Origin: Planctomycetota bacterium
Lineage (GTDB): Bacteria > Planctomycetota > UBA8742 > UBA2392
Direction of reading: 5' to 3'
NCBI GenBank assembly: GCA_003576915.1
Contig: QEVF01000009.1
Coordinates: forward strand, 17,638-81,637
Length of the DNA: 64,000 nt
Shown here: positions 54,718 through 62,979 of the stretch, piece after piece
Position numbering within the stretch: position 1 is the stretch's first letter
Layout: every line of letters starts with the position of its first letter
Notes under the pieces: model-generated
Told to the model about the DNA's origin: nothing
The model's input: the letters and a program-made list of their open reading frames with translations, nothing else
The model's database searches: none
Program-made: the position numbers and the translations under genes

Positions 54718-55905
54718 GTGAAAATCTCGGACATCGTCATCACCCACGCCCGGCGCACCCCCATTGGCAAGTACTCCGGGGCGCTGGCACCCCTGAACGC
54801 CGTCCAGCTTGGCACCCACGCCGTCAGCGCTGTGCTCAGGCAAAGCGCCATCGACCCCGGCCTCGTGGGCCAGGTAATCATGGGCCACGGGCGGCAGGCG
54901 GGCAACGGCCCCAACACGGCGCGCCAGGTGGCCATTCGCGCCGGTCTGCCTGAAACCTGCATCGCGTACACCATCAACATGGCCTGCGCTTCGGGCCTCA
55001 AGGCCATTGTCAACGCCGCCCTCGCCATCACCAGCGGCGAATGCGAAGCGGCCATTGCCGGCGGCATGGAAAGCATGACCAACGTGCCCTTCATGCTCAC
55101 CTCAGACGCCCGCAACGGCTGGCGCATGGGGCACCACGAAGTCACCGACCTCATGTATCGCGACGGATTCCTCTGCCCCCTGGCCGACCAGCTCATGGGC
55201 CGCACGGCCGAGACTTTGCGCATCCAGTACAACATCAGCCGCGCCGAGCAGGACGAATTCGCCGCAGCCTCCCACAACAAGGCCGAAGCAGCCCTCAAGG
55301 CAGGCCGCTTCAAGGATGAAATCGCGCCCGTGACCCTGCGCGACAAGAAGGGCGAAACCCTGCTGGACCGCGACGAAGGCGTACGCGAGGGCTGTACCCC
55401 CGACCAGATGGCCAAGCTCAAGCCCGTGTTCATGGACGACGGCACCGTCCACCCCGGCAACGCCTCGGGCATCACAGACGGCGGCAGCGCACTCCTGCTC
55501 ATGAGCGCGGAAAAGGCCTCAAAGCTCGGCTTCAAGCCCCTGGCGCGGCTGGAAGGTTATGCCTTTGCCGGCGTGGACCCCAAAGTCATGGGGCTGGGGC
55601 CCGTGCCGGCCACCGCGGACATCAACCGCAAGCTGGGACTCAGCATCGACCAGTATGACCTCGTTGAACTCAATGAAGCTTTTGCGGCCCAGGTGCTGGC
55701 CTGCGACCGCGAGATGAAGATCCCCCGCGACCGGCTCAACGTCAATGGCGGCGCCATTGCCCTGGGTCACCCCATCGGCAACACGGGGGCCCGCATCGTG
55801 ACCACTCTGGCCCATGAACTGCGCCGGCGCGGCGGCAGGCGCGGCCTGGCCACGCTCTGCGTCAGCGGCGGCCTGGGCGCCTCCCTGGCCATCGCTGCGG
55901 TGTGA
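54718..55905 (+). CDS. Acetyl-CoA C-acetyltransferase (thiolase II)
   Basis: GTG start. NMACASGLKAI (Cys), NGGAIALGHPIGNTGARI, CVSGGLGASLAI. Confidence 0.9.
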   Translation: MKISDIVITHARRTPIGKYSGALAPLNAVQLGTHAVSAVLRQSAIDPGLVGQVIMGHGRQAGNGPNTARQVAIRAGLPETCIAYTINMACASGLKAIVNAALAITSGECEAAIAGGMESMTNVPFMLTSDARNGWRMGHHEVTDLMYRDGFLCPLADQLMGRTAETLRIQYNISRAEQDEFAAASHNKAEAALKAGRFKDEIAPVTLRDKKGETLLDRDEGVREGCTPDQMAKLKPVFMDDGTVHPGNASGITDGGSALLLMSAEKASKLGFKPLARLEGYAFAGVDPKVMGLGPVPATADINRKLGLSIDQYDLVELNEAFAAQVLACDREMKIPRDRLNVNGGAIALGHPIGNTGARIVTTLAHELRRRGGRRGLATLCVSGGLGASLAIAAV

Positions 55906-56054
55906 CCGGCCGCGGTATGGGGAAAAGCCCGCCACGAAGTCGCCCGTGCTGCCACGCGGGCCGGCGGACTTTGAGGCCCCCCGGCAAGGCGGGATGCCCC
56001 GCGGGCCTGGTGCTGCTAACATGTCAGGGCGCGCCGGATCAGGAACCTCAAGCC

Positions 56055-56972
56055 ATGGCCGTTAAACTCAGTCGCGAGCCCGGGCTGTTCTCCGTGCTGC
56101 TAGGCAAGGCGGCGGCGCCGGACGTGGGCCTGCTGGCCCCCCTTCTGGCGCGCAAGATCTCCATCACCCGCTCCGATGCCGTACGCGCCCTGCGCCAGCA
56201 GCGCGGCATCATCCTGGAGGGCTTGAGCGCCGAGAGAGCGGAGGCAGCCCGCGAGCTGCTCGCTTCGGAGGGCATGGAGCCAAACGTGGTCGCCGATGCC
56301 GAGGTGCCGGCCCAGAGCAAAGCGCTGGAAATCGCCCTGGCGCGGCTGGATGAACACTGCTTCGAGACGCCGTCGCTGCAGGGCGCGGGGCTGCCGCAGT
56401 TGTGGCCCTGGGAGCATCTGGTGCTGGCCGTGGGCGGCCTGATCATCGACCCCAGGGCCCAGGCCGAACGCCTGACCAGCGGCCTGGAAAAGGGGCTGAT
56501 CCACGAAGCGGAAGTGCGCAAGGCCCAGGCCCAGCGCATGCTGGAGAAGTCGCGCCACCGGGTGTTCCCTCTCTCCACGGAACTGGGCCGCGACGAGCCG
56601 CAACTGGCCGAAGCCCTGGCCAGCGCCCAGCGCGCCCGCCTTGCGCGGGCCAAGGGCGAAAAGCCCGCCGAGCCCGCGCTGGAAGGTGAGTTCGGCCGCA
56701 TCGCGACGCGCCTTGACCTGTTCTTCTCCCGGCCCTTTGAGCGTCTGCGCGTCACCGAGAAGACCCATGTGCAGGAGTTGACGCGCAGCGCCCTGCCCGC
56801 CAAGCAGCTTCACACCCTGGCGGCCACCCTGGCGCGCAAGGTGCCGGCCGAAAGGCTGGCTCCTTCCACCTGGATGCTGGCCGCGGGCAGCGACTCCGGC
56901 GAGTATCTGTTTGACGACGCGCCGCAGTTCGACGATTACTGCCGCTGGTGCCTTTGGCGCGTGCAGCAATAA
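56055..56972 (+). CDS. Hypothetical protein
   Basis: Start chosen at MAVKLSREPG; the upstream part of the 356-aa ORF is Arg/Pro/Cys-rich. No family recognised. Confidence 0.5.
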   Translation: MAVKLSREPGLFSVLLGKAAAPDVGLLAPLLARKISITRSDAVRALRQQRGIILEGLSAERAEAARELLASEGMEPNVVADAEVPAQSKALEIALARLDEHCFETPSLQGAGLPQLWPWEHLVLAVGGLIIDPRAQAERLTSGLEKGLIHEAEVRKAQAQRMLEKSRHRVFPLSTELGRDEPQLAEALASAQRARLARAKGEKPAEPALEGEFGRIATRLDLFFSRPFERLRVTEKTHVQELTRSALPAKQLHTLAATLARKVPAERLAPSTWMLAAGSDSGEYLFDDAPQFDDYCRWCLWRVQQ

Positions 56973-57059
56973 GCCGCAACGCGCCGGCCGTTCGTTCGTT
57001 ACATTGCAGGCCATGGCGCCGTGTTGTGCGGCATGCCGGACCTGAGCGGGGAATCCTTG

Positions 57060-57584
57060 ATGAGCGCCGCAGCGTTTCGCTTTCTGTTGCTGGGCCTGTT
57101 TGCCCTTTGCGCCGCATGCAGTTCAACGCAGCCGCCGCCGGACGACCTTTTGCCTCCGCAGGCAGACCGGCAGGCTGAATTGACCCGCCTGTTCGACCGT
57201 TTCGCCGGGCCGGAGCTGCCGGCCCGCGCTGCCGCAGCCGAAGCGGCCAAAGCCAACGAGAAGGACCGTCGCTTCCTGGCCAGCCTTTGGGGCACGCGCT
57301 CCAGCGCCCCGCTCTGCGCCCGGCGCTACGCCGACGCATTGTCCGCCGCCGGCAAGCATCTTGAAGCCTTCGAGTGGTACCAGCGGGCCTTCATGCAGAC
57401 TGCGGCCCGTGACGCCTCGCGCCACGAGCTGCGCTATGAAATGGCCGAGGAGTACTACGCGCTGGGGCGGCACCAGGACTGCATTGCCCTGCTGGCCAAC
57501 CGCCTCTCCCTTGAGCCGTTGCCTGCCGCAATGCGCGTCAAGTACGATGCCCTGCAGGAAGCCGCCGCCAAGGCCGCCCGCTGA
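57060..57584 (+). CDS. Lipoprotein with TPR-like helices
   Basis: The ATG at 57060 gives MSAAAFRFLLLGLFALCAAC (lipobox). Confidence 0.6.
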   Translation: MSAAAFRFLLLGLFALCAACSSTQPPPDDLLPPQADRQAELTRLFDRFAGPELPARAAAAEAAKANEKDRRFLASLWGTRSSAPLCARRYADALSAAGKHLEAFEWYQRAFMQTAARDASRHELRYEMAEEYYALGRHQDCIALLANRLSLEPLPAAMRVKYDALQEAAAKAAR

Positions 57585-57624
57585 CCGGGCCCCATGAGCG
57601 GCCGCACAGAGGCGGACCTGGGCC

Positions 57625-58497
57625 ATGAGACACCGGATGGACGACACGCTGCTGATGCTCGCGCGTCAGCTTGCCAAAGTCGCGTTGCAGGAAGACATCG
57701 GGCCCGGAGACATCACCGGTCAATCCCTGCTCAGCGCCTCGGCTCCTGCCACGGCCTCCATCAAGTTCAAGCAGGATGGCGTGCTGGCCGGCATTCAATG
57801 GGCCCAGCTTGTGCTCAGTGAACTCGACCCCGGGGCCGGCGTTGAACTTCTGGCCCAGGACGGCGACCGCATCCGCGAAGGCACGGTGGTGGCCCGCGCA
57901 CGCTCGACCCAGCAGGCGCTCGTCGCCGCCGAGCGCACCATCCTCAACCTGCTGCAGCGCCTGTGCGGCATCGCCACCCTTACGGCGCGCATGGCCGAGC
58001 TGTGTACCGGAACCCGGGCCATGGTGCTGGACACCCGCAAGACCACGCCGGGGCTTCGTGCCTTCGAGAAGTATGCCGTGCGCTGCGGCGGCGGCGTGAA
58101 CCACCGCATGGGCCTGTACGACGAGGCCATGATCAAGGACAACCATCTCTACATCAGCGGGCTCGATCTCAAGGAGGCCGTGGCGCGCATCCGGCGGCAG
58201 AAACCTGACGTCTACCTGACGGCCGAAGCCGAAAGCGTGGAACAAGCCAGACTGGCCATGGAAGCCGGAGCCAACGTTGTCATGTTGGACGATTTCTCGA
58301 TGGACGAAATCCGGCAGGCCGTGGAAATGCGCAATCAGGAGAAGCGCTTTGCCCGGGTACAACTTGAGATTTCCGGCGGTGTGAACCTCTCCAACATTGA
58401 ACAGTACGCCCAGACCGGGGTGGAACGCATCAGTGTCGGCGCGCTTACGCACAGCGCCGCCGCCCTCGACATCTCGATGAAGGTGGACCGGCCCTGA
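57625..58497 (+). CDS. nadC: Nicotinate-nucleotide diphosphorylase (carboxylating), quinolinate phosphoribosyltransferase
   Basis: ALQEDIGPGDITG, ERTILNLLQRLCGIAT, LDTRKTTPGLRAFEKYAVRCGGGVNHR, MIKDNH. Confidence 0.9.
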   Translation: MRHRMDDTLLMLARQLAKVALQEDIGPGDITGQSLLSASAPATASIKFKQDGVLAGIQWAQLVLSELDPGAGVELLAQDGDRIREGTVVARARSTQQALVAAERTILNLLQRLCGIATLTARMAELCTGTRAMVLDTRKTTPGLRAFEKYAVRCGGGVNHRMGLYDEAMIKDNHLYISGLDLKEAVARIRRQKPDVYLTAEAESVEQARLAMEAGANVVMLDDFSMDEIRQAVEMRNQEKRFARVQLEISGGVNLSNIEQYAQTGVERISVGALTHSAAALDISMKVDRP

Positions 58498-58717
58498 GGC
58501 GAACACCCTGCCCGCCGGGGCACATTTTGAACCAGCGTCCAACGATGTTCGATTTGCCGTAGCCGCGCGGCGAGGCGAAGGTCTCAGGGCCGGGGCCGGC
58601 GCGGAACTTTTATGACTTTTTGAAAGCTATAAATGTGATGTTTACTTCTTCGGCATCGTACACTGTCTTCGCAATGGTTTATCGGTGACAAAACAAGGTC
58701 AAAACGTACTATTTTTA

Positions 58718-58746
58718 TTGACACTTTGTGTTTGATGCTGTAAAGT
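58718..58746 (+). promoter_or_regulatory. Sigma-70-like promoter: TTGACA, 17-nt spacer, TAAAGT, with an A/T-rich UP-like tract
   Basis: atttttaTTGACActttgtgtttgatgctgTAAAGT lies in a conspicuously AT-rich patch (58600-58760) of an otherwise GC-rich window. Confidence 0.6.
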
Positions 58747-58798
58747 TCAGGGGTCTCAGCAATCTAACCAATCTCTTCGGCCAGTGAAGTGTCATCGT

Positions 58799-58852
58799 GG
58801 CCGGGAGGCAATCAGCGGCGCCTACCGTCACCGCCGTTGTTGCTTCCCGGCC
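58799..58852 (+). other. Long imperfect hairpin in the 5' leader of the P-domain lipoprotein gene
   Basis: GGCCGGGAGGCAA...TTGCTTCCCGGCC forms a 13-bp outer stem with one G-T pair. CAGCGGCG...CGCCGTTG forms the inner stem. It is followed by CGTGTTTGTTG. Confidence 0.5.
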
Positions 58853-58935
58853 CGTGTTTGTTGACGACCCCGAAGAAAACGTTATCGTGCGCCTAAACTG
58901 CTTTCAGTTCTAACTTTCGAAAGACGGAGGCCGTA

Positions 58936-59997
58936 ATGCGCGCTCCCAGATTGATGCTGTTGGGCGTCGTCCTTGGTTCCATGGTTTTGCTCAGCGCCGC
59001 CTGCGAGGACAACGACGACGAAGAACGCCCCCTGCCCCAGCGCGCCCCCGCGGCCACGCCTCTGCTGCGTACCTACTACCTGACCCAGACCACGCCTAAG
59101 GACATGCGGGCCATCAAGATCCCCGAGGGCGACGCCTTCGACAAGGACGAGCTGACCCTCGAATTCCAGATGGCCGGCAATGAACTCGTCACGGACGTCG
59201 AAGTCGGCGTCACCGTCGGCGGCGGACGCAATCCTGTCAATTACGACCTGTACATGCGGCTGATCTCGCCGCGCGGCACGACTTCCGCCTGGAAGCCCGT
59301 CGACCTGGCCACGGGCAACGTCTACTACCCCAAGCAGGTGATTCCCTTCCTCTACGAATTTGACGGCGAAAACAGCACCGGCACCTGGAAGGTGCAGCTG
59401 CGCGACCCGATCAAGGACAACGACGGCCGCCTGCTGTTCCGCAACGCCACGCTGCGCATCAACGACGGCGAGATTTCCACGGTGCGGGGCCTGGCCAACA
59501 ACGCCAACGAAACGGTCTCGCTCGACGCAACCCAGGGCCGCTATGACGTGCTGCCGGAGGTGTGGACCACGCTGTTCACCGGCGACTTCGGATACTTCGG
59601 CGTCAACGCCATGCTGCTCAACCAGTTCACCTTCACCCAGAGTTTCTCCGTGCGCTCCCTGGCGCTCAACTTCAGCATTCTGCAGCGCGAGGAAGCCAAG
59701 GACGAAGACGTGATATTCCTTGTGATGTCCCCCTCGGGCAACTACGCCTTCTACCAGCTGGGCGACGCCGGCCTTTCCGTGGATGTCGGAGTCGGCAAGC
59801 TGCGCTCGGTGAGTTACGCCCTGACCGAGTTCCTGGGCGAACCCTCCCAGGGAACCTGGACGGTGGCCCTGGTGGACAAGCTCATCGACTCCAACACCTT
59901 TGAGCTGCGCGTCAACGGCCCCGTGGACATCGGCGGCGGGACCATTGCAGTCCAGAGCAACCCCATCACCCTCACGCTCAACGGACGCACGTACTAG
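58936..59997 (+). CDS. Lipoprotein with two proprotein-convertase P-domain-like modules
   Basis: Lipobox LLSAAC. Two occurrences of the P-domain-like block: FDGENSTGTWKVQLRD and FLGEPSQGTWTVALVD. GGAGG lies upstream of the ATG. Confidence 0.65.
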   Translation: MRAPRLMLLGVVLGSMVLLSAACEDNDDEERPLPQRAPAATPLLRTYYLTQTTPKDMRAIKIPEGDAFDKDELTLEFQMAGNELVTDVEVGVTVGGGRNPVNYDLYMRLISPRGTTSAWKPVDLATGNVYYPKQVIPFLYEFDGENSTGTWKVQLRDPIKDNDGRLLFRNATLRINDGEISTVRGLANNANETVSLDATQGRYDVLPEVWTTLFTGDFGYFGVNAMLLNQFTFTQSFSVRSLALNFSILQREEAKDEDVIFLVMSPSGNYAFYQLGDAGLSVDVGVGKLRSVSYALTEFLGEPSQGTWTVALVDKLIDSNTFELRVNGPVDIGGGTIAVQSNPITLTLNGRTY

Positions 59998-60063
59998 CAG
60001 GGTGTTCTAAGGCGGCCCCAGGGCCTCCTTGTTCAACGGCCTGCTGCCCGGGATTTTGCTTCG

Positions 60064-60091
60064 AAAACGGCCCGCTGAAGCGGGCCGTTTT
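60064..60091 (+). terminator. Rho-independent terminator
   Basis: AAAACGGCCCGC-TGAA-GCGGGCCGTTTT. Confidence 0.85.
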
Positions 60092-60106
60092 CGTGGGCGC
60101 TGAAAT

Positions 60107-60142
60107 TTTGCAATTGCGACCAATTCTCATTTGCTATTGCGA
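60107..60142 (+). promoter_or_regulatory. Two 13-nt direct repeats (TTTGCAATTGCGA / TTTGCTATTGCGA), 23 nt apart, upstream of the porin gene
   Basis: The repeats are at 60107-60119 and 60130-60142. TATACA at 60154-60159 could be the -10. Confidence 0.4.
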
Positions 60143-60192
60143 ACGAGTCTCAGTATACAACGCCTATACAGCCCTGTTTATCCGGAGAAACC

Positions 60193-61476
60193 ATGAGACC
60201 TCTTGCCCTGACACTCCTCGCCGCAATGCTCGCCGCACCCCTGGCCTGCCAGGACCGCACCGACGAAATCCGACGCGCCATGGAACCCGCCGATGCAGCC
60301 TCCCCCGCCAAGCCCGCCGCTCCCTCCGCCCAAGCCCACGACACCGGCCCCGGCGAAAACTTCATCCGCCGCTGGGAGCGCGGCGCCGGAGAAATTGACA
60401 GCCCCGCGGGCAAGTTCCGCCTCGGCGGTTATGCCTCGCTCCACCACAAGACCATCGAGAAGTACAACGGCGGCAACTCGACCAACTTCTTTGATTCCAT
60501 CCGAGTCGTTCCGCAGATGGACTGGGAGGTCACGGACTGGCTCGAGTTCGCCATCGAGATCGAGTTCGAAGGCGGCGGCGCCGGCGCCCCCTACCTTACC
60601 AACAACTACATCGTGCTCGAGTACGCCGAGGCCCGCGCCACGCCCCTGGACGAACTCAACTTCAAGGCCGGCATCCTGCTCGTGAACTGGGGCCGCTACA
60701 ACCGCAACCACGACGACATCCTCTGGGACCTCGCCGACCGTCCCTTCGCCACGCGCCTGATCGTGCCCGGCACCTTCATGCAGCCCGGCGCCGGCGTCTA
60801 CGGCAGCTTCAATCAGGTCCCCTTCATCAGCTTCAATTACGACATCGCCGTCACCCAGGGCCTCAACAGCAACTTCAGCAGCAACGACGGCTCACGCAAC
60901 GCGCGCACCTCCTTCCGTGTCGACAACAACGACAACAAGGCGCTGTGGTTCCATTTCGGCATGATGCCCGATTTCGGGACCGACATGGTCACCGCCGATG
61001 TCGGCGCTTCCTTCACCTATCAGCAGATTGCCGTGGGCAACCGCGAATCCCTGCGCGGCGTCGGCGTGGACGGCGGCCTGAAGTTCAAGGTCGTCGAGCG
61101 CTTCGGCATTGACGTCACCGGTGAGTTCAGCCGCATGTGGATCAACCGCTCGTCCTCGCCCACCGTACCCAACGGCCTCTGGGGCTGGTTCGCTGACGTG
61201 CTCTTCAAGTTTGACCCCTTCCCCGCCGCCTGGCGCGAGAAGGTCTTTGGCGCCAACCCCTACATCGGCCTCATTTTCCGCCTCGAGCAGAACGACCTCA
61301 ACGACGACTACAAAGGCGCGGCCGCCAACGACGACCGCTTCGCCGTCACCATCGGCCTGAGCTTCCGCCCCATCTCCAAGCTCGTGCTGCGTCTTGAGTG
61401 GAAGAACACCCAGGCCCGTAACCGTGACGATGGCGATGAAAACACCTACGTCATCAGCACCTCCATCGGCTTCTAG
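60193..61476 (+). CDS. Outer-membrane porin-like beta-barrel
   Basis: Signal peptide MRPLALTLLAAMLAAPLAC. Alternating strand pattern and a C-terminal ...YVISTSIGF with terminal Phe. Confidence 0.65.
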   Translation: MRPLALTLLAAMLAAPLACQDRTDEIRRAMEPADAASPAKPAAPSAQAHDTGPGENFIRRWERGAGEIDSPAGKFRLGGYASLHHKTIEKYNGGNSTNFFDSIRVVPQMDWEVTDWLEFAIEIEFEGGGAGAPYLTNNYIVLEYAEARATPLDELNFKAGILLVNWGRYNRNHDDILWDLADRPFATRLIVPGTFMQPGAGVYGSFNQVPFISFNYDIAVTQGLNSNFSSNDGSRNARTSFRVDNNDNKALWFHFGMMPDFGTDMVTADVGASFTYQQIAVGNRESLRGVGVDGGLKFKVVERFGIDVTGEFSRMWINRSSSPTVPNGLWGWFADVLFKFDPFPAAWREKVFGANPYIGLIFRLEQNDLNDDYKGAAANDDRFAVTIGLSFRPISKLVLRLEWKNTQARNRDDGDENTYVISTSIGF

Positions 61477-61522
61477 CAGGCCGCTGAAACGCAGTCTGTA
61501 AGCCCTCAACCACAGGGACGCC

Positions 61523-61897
61523 ATGAAACCAACCTCGAAAGTGGGCCTCTCTCTCCCCCACCAGCCGCGCGTCTGGACTTTCGTGGCGTCCCTGCTGCTT
61601 CTCTGCCTTCTGGGCCTCAGCGCCGCCTGTTCAGCCACGGGGCAGACCCAGGCAGCAGGCCAGGCCGAGCCGCCCAGGCCCGCTGCGCAGCCGGTTGCCC
61701 TTTCGCCCGAATATGAGGAAGGGCGCAGCCTTTACAATCGCAAGTGCGGCACCTGCCACGAACTCTACGCCCCCAGGGAATTCGCACCCCACGAATGGCC
61801 GCGCTACGTCAAGCGCTACGGCCCCCGCAGCGGCCTGAGACCCGCCGACCGCGAGAAGGTCACGGCCTACCTGCAATGGGCGGCCGCCCAGCCCTGA
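61523..61897 (+). CDS. Small mono-haem c-type cytochrome, lipoprotein-like
   Basis: The signal/lipobox is LLGLSAAC. There is a single CGTCH (CxxCH) haem-binding motif. Confidence 0.65.
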   Translation: MKPTSKVGLSLPHQPRVWTFVASLLLLCLLGLSAACSATGQTQAAGQAEPPRPAAQPVALSPEYEEGRSLYNRKCGTCHELYAPREFAPHEWPRYVKRYGPRSGLRPADREKVTAYLQWAAAQP

Positions 61898-62054
61898 CTT
61901 CTGCCCGCGCCCAAACGAGCTACACTCGCGGCCTGCCCGGCCCGCGCGGCTGCACGGACCGGATTCATCACAGGCTTTGGCTGCCACTGCGGCCTTGGCC
62001 CCGGGGCTGGAAGAGTCGGAATTTCGGCCTTTCAGCGGCCTGCCAAGAGGGCCC

Positions 62055-62903
62055 ATGCGTTTTGCCGACGTCACCGGCCAGGTCATCGAGCTCGCCGCGC
62101 CACCGAGACGGGTCATCAGCCTTGTGCCCAGCGTGACGGAGACGCTGTTTGCCATCGGCGCGGGGGCCTCGCTCGTGGGCCGCACCCGCTATTGCGTTTC
62201 TCCCGACCCTGACGTGCGGGCCATTGAGCGCGTGGGCGGAACCAAAGACCCCGACCTCCAGCGCATCCAGGCGCTGAACCCCGACCTGGTGCTTGCCAAC
62301 CGCGAGGAAAACCGCAAGCCCGACGTCGAGGCCCTGCGAGCGCGCGGCATCCCGATCTACGTCGAGGAACCCGTCACGGTGGTGGAGGGGCTGGAAACCG
62401 TCAGCCGCCTGGGGCAGATGTTCGCCGTCGAAGCGGCCGCAGACGCCATCGTGCGCAGGGGCGCGCAGGCCCTTTCCGACGTCAAGGCGCGGCGGGCGGA
62501 CCTTGAGGCGCAGAACGCGCTGAAGTTGACGCCCCGCAAGAGCGTGCGGCCGCGCGTCGTGGCCTTCATCTGGAAAGATCCGTGGATGGTGGTGGGCTCG
62601 CGCACTTTCATGGGCGACATGATCGAAACCCTGGGCGGCGAGCACCTGTTCAGGTCCGCGGCGCAGCGTTACTTCACCGTGGAGCCCGACGAAGTAGCCG
62701 CGGCAAACCCCGACATCCTGCTCTTCCCCGACGAGCCCTATGCCTTCTCGGAGCCCGACCTGAACTTCTGGCTCGAGCGCTTCCCGGCCCTGAGTGCGGT
62801 CAGGCACTCGCGCCTGCGCCCGTGCAGCGGCCAGGACCTGGCCTGGTACGGCGCACGCATTCCCGGCGCGCTGGCGCGGCTTCAGCCCGCGGTGGCCTGG
62901 TGA
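62055..62903 (+). CDS. BtuF/TroA-like (helical-backbone) periplasmic-binding-fold protein, cobalamin or Fe-siderophore type
   Basis: RVISLVPSVTETLFAIGAGASLVGRTRYC...DPDLQRIQALNPDLVLAN. No signal peptide from either candidate start (62055 or 61977). Confidence 0.7.
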   Translation: MRFADVTGQVIELAAPPRRVISLVPSVTETLFAIGAGASLVGRTRYCVSPDPDVRAIERVGGTKDPDLQRIQALNPDLVLANREENRKPDVEALRARGIPIYVEEPVTVVEGLETVSRLGQMFAVEAAADAIVRRGAQALSDVKARRADLEAQNALKLTPRKSVRPRVVAFIWKDPWMVVGSRTFMGDMIETLGGEHLFRSAAQRYFTVEPDEVAAANPDILLFPDEPYAFSEPDLNFWLERFPALSAVRHSRLRPCSGQDLAWYGARIPGALARLQPAVAW

Positions 62904-62979
62904 TTTGGTTTGAAGTGGGATGGTTTGCTCCCTAACCTTCGCGCCCGTTTCGGGGGCGGGCATCTTTGCAGGAGCAAGC

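Noticed and set aside
54486-55535. 349-aa minus-strand ORF overlapping tRNA-Phe and the thiolase
   Set aside because: It crosses a tRNA gene and is antisense to a thiolase with all catalytic motifs.
61898-62054. Cobalamin riboswitch upstream of the BtuF-like gene
   Set aside because: A GCCACTG heptamer (B12-box-like) occurs near 61983. I could not find the other conserved riboswitch blocks, and the leader is short. It may also be coding if the 61977 start is used.
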